Of a stretch of 33,103 nucleotides of DNA, positions 27,976-33,103 are shown piece by piece. The stretch comes from Candidatus Altiarchaeota archaeon. GTDB lineage: Archaea; Altiarchaeota; Altiarchaeia; IMC4; QMZM01. The translations under genes and the position numbers were made by a program. The notes under the pieces are model-generated. The model saw only the letters and a list, made by a program, of their open reading frames with translations. It had not been told where the DNA came from and searched no databases. The DNA lies in contig JAFGDV010000038.1 of NCBI GenBank assembly GCA_016931955.1, positions 1 to 33,103 of the forward strand, read 5' to 3'. Numbering within the stretch: position 1 is the first letter of the stretch; each line of letters begins with the position of its first letter.

Positions 27976-28153
27976 GGGGCTGTGGGGTAGTCAGGCATCC
28001 TAGCAGGCTCCAGTGAACCTCTTTTTCTTTCCATAAGAAAAAGAAACCACGTACTGGAGCGCTGATCCCCTCCGGGGAGATGATGAACGGAAAGGTACGA
28101 ACCACATGGTTTGGAGGTACCTGCCGATGGGGGTTCAAATCCCCCCAGCCCCA
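27976..28153 (+). tRNA. tRNA-Trp(CCA) with a 105-nt canonical 37/38 intron (28014-28118)
   Basis: Acceptor GGGGCTG/CAGCCCC; anticodon stem GCAGG/CCTGC; BHB with central helix CTCC/GGAG and bulges AGT and GTA; T arm GGGGG-TTCAAAT-CCCCC. Confidence 0.93.
28053..28100 (+). ncRNA. Intron-encoded box C/D-type guide for tRNA-Trp C34 2'-O-methylation (partial box set)
   Basis: ACTGGAGC complementary to GCTCCAGT, followed by CTGA (28062-28065); the D+5 rule points to C34; ATGATGA at 28080-28086. Confidence 0.7.
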
Positions 28154-28160
28154 ATCACCC

Positions 28161-28309
28161 TCAACCTTTTCGTAAAAGGTTGACCAAAAAGACGCTGTTG
28201 CGTCTTTTCTGAGTCGAAAACCGTAAGGTTTTCGCTCATCAAAAAGAATTCGCCATAGGCGAATTCAAAAGGAGGGTAGGGTTGATAAGGGCACCTTGTA
28301 CCCTTATGT
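28161..28309 (+). repeat. Multi-hairpin dispersed repeat, copy D (two extra hairpins), 7 nt after tRNA-Trp
   Basis: TCAACCTTTT-cgt-AAAAGGTTGA; AAAAGACGC-tgtt-GCGTCTTTT; CGAAAACC-gtaa-GGTTTTCG; GAATTCGCC-ata-GGCGAATTC; GGGTTGATAAGGG...CCCTTATGT. Confidence 0.9.
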
Positions 28310-28321
28310 TTCCACACTTAT

Positions 28322-28804
28322 ATGCAATGCGAGGTCTGTGAGAAGCTTATCGTGGAGGGTAGGCGGGTGAGGATTGAAGGCTCCGTTGTAGTTACCTGTG
28401 AGGATTGCGCGAGGTTTGGCGAGGTGGTTGGTTTCGTCAGCTCCCGCGAGAAAAAGAAGCCTGCTGTGAGGGCTGAAGTTAGTGAAGGTGTTTCATTTGA
28501 TGTTGGAGGCGACGATCTTGTTGACGATTACCCTGGGATCATAAGGGATAAGAGGGAGAAGATGGGTTTGAAGCAGGAGGATCTTGCTAAGTTGATCAAT
28601 GAGCCTTCTTCTCTTATACATAGGCTGGAGACTGGCAGGATGGAGCCTGACCCTGAGGTGGCGAGTAAGCTGCAGAAGGCGTTAGGTGTGAAATTGTTGT
28701 GTAAATCAGGTTCTGAAGTTGTTCAACCTGAGAAGCCGACTGGATCTGATGAGTTGACTTTAGGCGATCTCGTAGTCATCAAGAAAAAGGGGGGGAAGAG
28801 GTAA
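28322..28804 (+). CDS. mbf1: Archaeal multiprotein bridging factor aMBF1 (Zn ribbon + HTH)
   Basis: CEVC...CEDC, REKMGLKQEDLAKLINE..SLIHRLETG, LTLGD. Confidence 0.92.
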   Translation: MQCEVCEKLIVEGRRVRIEGSVVVTCEDCARFGEVVGFVSSREKKKPAVRAEVSEGVSFDVGGDDLVDDYPGIIRDKREKMGLKQEDLAKLINEPSSLIHRLETGRMEPDPEVASKLQKALGVKLLCKSGSEVVQPEKPTGSDELTLGDLVVIKKKGGKR

Positions 28805-28805
28805 A

Positions 28806-30230
28806 GTGCTTTATTTTTTCTTGTTGGTTCTTTTTTTTGTCGGAGGAACCTTTTTGCTTTGGAAGACTAAACATGAGAGACACTTTATCGTCTTCATGAT
28901 CAGGACTAAACACTTTCTCGGTTTCTTGGATAAGCTTGCTGGACTTATGCCTGGGTTCTGGAGATTTTTGGCTGATTTCGCCATCGTTTTCTCGTTCAGC
29001 GGTGTTGGCGTAGCGTATTTATCAAAGCATAGTAGAGAACGCAGGAACCTTGATTTGGTAATGTTCATCTTCGGCTTCTTTGCAGTCTTGATGTGGGCGG
29101 AAAGCCTTGACTTGTTGGCTCTCATGCTAGCTGGCTTAGTACTGGTGGTATTAAGCCTGAGCAAGCTGAGGGACGCCTTGATCGACTTCGTCGTTGCAAC
29201 CGTTTTGATTTCATCCATCATGTTGAATGTCATGGTTTGGTATCTGGCGGTGCTTGAAGGCGTTGTCGGCATCCTCGGTATTCTTGCCGGCTCACTAGTC
29301 GGCCACGCCCTCGATATAACATCAGGTCAATCAACCGTCCCAGGTGTGTCCCCTATAATACCATGGATCGAATCAGGTCAATTGGGTTTCAGCATTCCGG
29401 GTTTGGGCATATTTGTTCCATTAGGCTACGGAGTTGTCTCCTTGATACTCCTCTTATTCGTTCATGAGTTCTCTCACGGAATACTTGCCAGAGTCCATCA
29501 GCTCGAGCTGAAGTCCACTGGCTTATTAACCTTGGGTCCCATCCCCATAGGCGCCTTTGTTGAGCCTGATGAGGAGAAATTCAAGGAATGTGAGAGTATC
29601 GTTAAGATGCGAGTCTTATCGATGGGTTCATTCTCCAATCTAGTATTATCCACAGTAGCTATCTTTCTCTTCATCTTGATCATAGCTCCTTCAGGTGGCT
29701 GGGTTGTCGCTGAATCCAATATAACAGCCATAGAAAATGGAACAATCGTGGAATCTATTGGCGACATAAACCTGTCATCTGTCGGCTACATAGGGGCGGC
29801 GATGGACGCGAACCTTTTCTCCAATAGATTCTATACGCTGAAGGAGGAGACCTTCGAAAACGAGAGCTTAGTGAACATAACAACCGAAAATGGTTTATTA
29901 GCCCTAACACCTGAGGAGTTATCTGATCTGAAGATCAAGTATGTTCCAGGTTATAGTTTCGACTTCGAGTTGCTGGGTTTCAGCCTGCCCCCTATTTTCG
30001 CAGGCACTCTATTCTGGATATTCTTCTTCAACCTTAACATTGCTTTAGCGAATCTTCTGCCGATTGTGCCATTCGACGGAGGCAAGATGATAATAGAGTT
30101 GTTATCTATTTTCAGGCTTAGTGAGGAGTCTGTGAGGAGGATAGTCTACGCCTTCCTCCTCGCAGGGTTGCTTGTTTTGCTGATTAACGCCTACCCCCTG
30201 CTTTATATGGTCTTTGATTTGTTTTTTTAG
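28806..30230 (+). CDS. Site-2 protease (M50) family intramembrane metalloprotease
   Basis: HEFSHG, GAFVEPDEE, NLLPIVPFDGG; many TM helices. Confidence 0.92.
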   Translation: MLYFFLLVLFFVGGTFLLWKTKHERHFIVFMIRTKHFLGFLDKLAGLMPGFWRFLADFAIVFSFSGVGVAYLSKHSRERRNLDLVMFIFGFFAVLMWAESLDLLALMLAGLVLVVLSLSKLRDALIDFVVATVLISSIMLNVMVWYLAVLEGVVGILGILAGSLVGHALDITSGQSTVPGVSPIIPWIESGQLGFSIPGLGIFVPLGYGVVSLILLLFVHEFSHGILARVHQLELKSTGLLTLGPIPIGAFVEPDEEKFKECESIVKMRVLSMGSFSNLVLSTVAIFLFILIIAPSGGWVVAESNITAIENGTIVESIGDINLSSVGYIGAAMDANLFSNRFYTLKEETFENESLVNITTENGLLALTPEELSDLKIKYVPGYSFDFELLGFSLPPIFAGTLFWIFFFNLNIALANLLPIVPFDGGKMIIELLSIFRLSEESVRRIVYAFLLAGLLVLLINAYPLLYMVFDLFF

Positions 30231-31876
30231 GTCAGCTTCTTTGACATATATGGACCCTCTCTAATGTAGCCGAATCTACGGTAGTAGTCTCTCACCCCTA
30301 TGCCGCTTGTTACCAGTATTTTCTCCATGCCCAAGCTCGTGCTTAGGTTCTCCGCCTCAGCCAGAAGCTCGGCGCCGTAGCCGCGGTGCTGCCACTCGAA
30401 GCTTGGTTTCTCCCCTACCTCCAGCATGGGGCCGTAGACGTGCAGTTCCCTTACCAAGGACGTCTTGGAAGTAATCTCCGGCCTGAACGGCTCATTCGGT
30501 ATCCTCAAGCGAAGGAAACCTATGAGTATGTCCTTCTTTGTGTCATCGAAGGACAGGAAGACTTCCCTGCCGCCGCTTGCATCGTAATCCATCCTGAGAA
30601 GCTCTATGTCATCTGCTTCCGGCTCTAAACCCTTCTTCGTCATCTGACCCACCTCCCTGCATCTGACGCACCTGCACTTGATGCCTCTCTTTTCCATCTC
30701 ATTGTAGACTAATTCGCCCAGATTCGAGGCCTTTACTCCAGCATCTATCAGGGGGGAGGGGATATCTCGTTGTATCCTCATCGTCCTCATCCATTTGGGG
30801 AGCGTGGATTTCACCTTAACTATGAGGTCCACAGCCTCTTCCGTCGTTAAAGGCCTGAACTCTCCTCTCCGCCACATGTCATAGTATTCTGTCCCCTTCA
30901 GGACCAAGCAAGGATATATCTTGACCATGTCCGGCTTGAATCTTTCATCTTTTATTATCTCATCAAATGCTTTAAGGTCTAGTTCAGGGTTATATCCTAG
31001 AATGCCGGGCATCATGTGGTAGCCTACCTTCAGCCCTGAATCCTTTAGCTGCTGCGTTGATTCAACAACGTCCTGGACTGTGTGACCCCTCTCCACCTTC
31101 TCATAGATTCTATCATCCGGGTTCTGGACGCCGATTTCCACCCTAGTTACCCCGAATTTTAGCATATGGTTTATCTGCTCCTCCTTCGCCCAATCGGGAC
31201 GCGGCTCAAAGGTTATGCCCACGCATCTTACCGTGGATTTTTCGTTCTCCTCCTGAAGGTCCTCAATGTAGTTGAATCTCTTCTCGGATTTACTGTATTC
31301 CTGGATGAACGCTTCCTCGCCCAGCTCCTTTATTCTCCCATAGTTTTCTCTGAACTCGTTCATGGCCTTCAGGGATTCCTTAACGAACCACTCCTGGTAG
31401 TCTAGGCATTGTGCTGTCAGGGTTCCGCCCATGACGATAAGCTCGACCTTCCCTATGGGATGCCCTATGTCTTTCAGTTGTGTAAGCCTGAATGTTACCT
31501 GTAGGTGGGGGTCGAATCCGTATCTTATAGCGCGCCTCGTTGCTGGTTCTTTGCCTGTGTAGCTCTGCGGTACCTGTATGTCCGGTCCGCCTGGACAGTA
31601 CCTGCATCTGCCGTGGGGGCACTTCGAGGGCTGAGTCATGGCGGCAACCACCGCAACCCCGGAAAGCGTCCTCATGGGCTTCTTCCTCAATAGATTGAGT
31701 ACCTTAGCCCGCTCCCCGGGCTTCGCATACCTCAGTATCTCAGAACTGCGGACGAATCTATCCAGCCGAAGCTCTTCAGATAGGCGCCTCTTCTCAGCAT
31801 CAAGACCTTCCCTGTCAACTATCTCCCCGGAAAGGATTTTCTCGATTATTGCTCTATATGGATCCATCGTATCCAA
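30227..31876 (-). CDS. elp3: Elp3 tRNA uridine(34) acetyltransferase (radical SAM + KAT)
   Basis: RTLSGVAVVA, CPHGRCRYCPGG, QSYTGKEPA, KIYPCLV, RELHVYG, QHRGYG, SGIGVRDYYRRFGY. Confidence 0.97.
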   Translation of the reverse strand: MDTMDPYRAIIEKILSGEIVDREGLDAEKRRLSEELRLDRFVRSSEILRYAKPGERAKVLNLLRKKPMRTLSGVAVVAAMTQPSKCPHGRCRYCPGGPDIQVPQSYTGKEPATRRAIRYGFDPHLQVTFRLTQLKDIGHPIGKVELIVMGGTLTAQCLDYQEWFVKESLKAMNEFRENYGRIKELGEEAFIQEYSKSEKRFNYIEDLQEENEKSTVRCVGITFEPRPDWAKEEQINHMLKFGVTRVEIGVQNPDDRIYEKVERGHTVQDVVESTQQLKDSGLKVGYHMMPGILGYNPELDLKAFDEIIKDERFKPDMVKIYPCLVLKGTEYYDMWRRGEFRPLTTEEAVDLIVKVKSTLPKWMRTMRIQRDIPSPLIDAGVKASNLGELVYNEMEKRGIKCRCVRCREVGQMTKKGLEPEADDIELLRMDYDASGGREVFLSFDDTKKDILIGFLRLRIPNEPFRPEITSKTSLVRELHVYGPMLEVGEKPSFEWQHRGYGAELLAEAENLSTSLGMEKILVTSGIGVRDYYRRFGYIREGPYMSKKLT

Positions 31877-31926
31877 TACATACTTTGGAATCAGAGTAAA
31901 TTACATTTTCTTGTTCTGTTGACTAA

Positions 31927-32235
31927 TTAAGGGAGCTTCAGCTTTTATGCGGCGGAGAGGGCTTAAAGGATGCGTTCTCGGACATCGAAGTGCTCGCAGA
32001 CAAATGCAAGTACGGGAAGTGCACACATACGAAAGAACCCGGATGCGCTGTTTTAGAGGCAGTGAAAGACGGCCTAATACCTGAGAGGAGACTGGAGAAC
32101 TATCACAAACTGAAACGTGAAATAGAGTACAATCTCTCCAAGCATGAGGCACGATTCAGAAACAAACGAAGCAATTTCTGGAAGAATGTAGGCAAACAAG
32201 CGAAACTCATCAAAAAATCCAGAGGGGAGCACTGA
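31927..32235 (+). pseudogene. rsgA: 3' remnant of ribosome small subunit-dependent GTPase A
   Basis: In-frame LRELQLL..EGLKDAFSDIEVLADKCKYGKCTHTKEPGCAV...RLENYHKL (RsgA Zn-finger tail); in-frame TAA at 31924; OB and GTPase domains absent. Confidence 0.85.
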
Positions 32236-32285
32236 AGCATATAAAGGCGACTTAAGCGGCTCAGGTAACGGAAGCATAACAGAGG

Positions 32286-32471
32286 TTATCGGAAATGTGA
32301 CTTTTGCAGTTTCCCCCAAGTCATGCGTTTTTCTTTGGAGAGGGTTTTGTTTATGAAATGGTTTGCCTCCTCAAGCCATGTGAGTTTCATTTCAGGGGAT
32401 AACCTATAACTCTGCCTTATTTTCTCTCTATCTAGTGTAAAAGAGAAACTGGTTTTAGTTTTTTTTCTCAT
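32286..32471 (-). CDS. Small hypothetical protein, partner of the upstream nucleotidyltransferase
   Basis: 61 aa with LSPEMKLTWLEE; start overlaps the NTase 3' end by 17 nt. Confidence 0.55.
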   Translation of the reverse strand: MRKKTKTSFSFTLDREKIRQSYRLSPEMKLTWLEEANHFINKTLSKEKRMTWGKLQKSHFR

Positions 32472-32958
32472 TCTTTATCTTCTCCAATTCGTTTAAGGCC
32501 TTCATATCTGCCACATCCTGAGTCCTTCCTGAGATCTCTTTTAGTTTCTTGATTCCTTCAAGGGATATTACCGGTATCCTTATACCCTTGGCTTTAAAGA
32601 CCTTCCTTTCAGTATATGCTTTATCGAAGTCTATTGGCTCGTCTATGAAAACATCAACAACCTCAAAGGGCTTCTTTGGGTTGTAGAATGAGAAAACCAT
32701 CATATTCTTCTTCTGCCTCCATTCACTTCTTTTCTCAGGATTTAATAGATCTGATGCCTTTACAGGTGCCTTCGGCTTGTACCCTAGATACCCAAGTACA
32801 TCTATGAACTTGGCCAGATTTTCTCTGCCTAAGTGCACCATCAGGTCAAGATCGACTGTTAACCGCACGACTCCGTGTAGTACAATGGCCACGCCGCCAA
32901 CTACCAAGTATTTCACGCGCCTCTTATTCAATTCCCTGAAAACATCTTCATAGTACAT
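32455..32958 (-). CDS. Nucleotidyltransferase-fold protein (DUF6036/AbiEii-like)
   Basis: YLVVGGVAIVLHGVVRLTVDLDL and C-terminal K..SGRTQDVAD motifs. Confidence 0.8.
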   Translation of the reverse strand: MYYEDVFRELNKRRVKYLVVGGVAIVLHGVVRLTVDLDLMVHLGRENLAKFIDVLGYLGYKPKAPVKASDLLNPEKRSEWRQKKNMMVFSFYNPKKPFEVVDVFIDEPIDFDKAYTERKVFKAKGIRIPVISLEGIKKLKEISGRTQDVADMKALNELEKIKNEKKN

Positions 32959-33052
32959 TTCTCCCGCCGGCTTAGTAAAGTATTTAGGGAACGCATAAAT
33001 AAACCCATACTATGGGAAGCGTGCACGGAAAGAAACAGAATTTTCTTTTTCG

Positions 33053-33103
33053 CAAACTTTTCGTAAAAGTTTGATCAAAAAGAATTCGCCATCAGGCGAA
33101 TTC
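33053..33103 (+). repeat. Multi-hairpin dispersed repeat, copy E (3'-truncated by window edge)
   Basis: CAAACTTTT-cgt-AAAAGTTTG-ATCAAAAA-GAATTCGCC-atca-GGCGAATTC. Confidence 0.9.

Noticed and set aside
27923-28317. Short minus-strand ORFs 27923-28138, 27966-28154 and 28135-28317
   Set aside because: They overlap tRNA-Trp and repeat copy D; spurious
1-33103. CRISPR array interpretation of the palindromic repeats
   Set aside because: Copies are dispersed kilobases apart, there are no regular repeat-spacer units, and no cas genes are in the window
1-33103. Circular element or provirus suggested by similar sequence at both ends
   Set aside because: The end copies differ in loop and flanks, and the content is core chromosomal housekeeping genes

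Overview
Archaeal core-genome contig. Lineage cannot be fixed from sequence alone; a DPANN/Altiarchaeota-like or euryarchaeal origin is only an inference. In order: an AT-rich acylphosphatase-like ORF; the rps13-rps4-rps11-rpoD-tRNA-Leu-rpl18e-rpl13-rps9-rpoN-rpoK-rps2 superoperon; a minus-strand HTH regulator-HMG-CoA synthase-thiolase-DUF35-enolase cluster; a PINA ATPase / unknown 477-aa ORF / MCM / presenilin-like protease cluster; a divergent type IV pilus-like locus; mat, radA, lonB, kae1, endA, intron-containing tRNA-Trp, MBF1, S2P protease and elp3; then an rsgA remnant and a nucleotidyltransferase pair. Three observations stand out. (1) A dispersed, same-strand, modular multi-hairpin repeat family occurs in 5 copies, with conserved stems, variable loops, one compensatory base-pair change and nested hairpin insertions; one copy is flanked by a 15-bp duplication of the tRNA-Leu 3' end. 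(2) The 477-aa ORF directly upstream of mcm appears to be a colinear, catalytically dead MCM paralogue. (3) tRNA-Leu has a 64-nt BHB intron at the non-canonical D-loop position 21/22.
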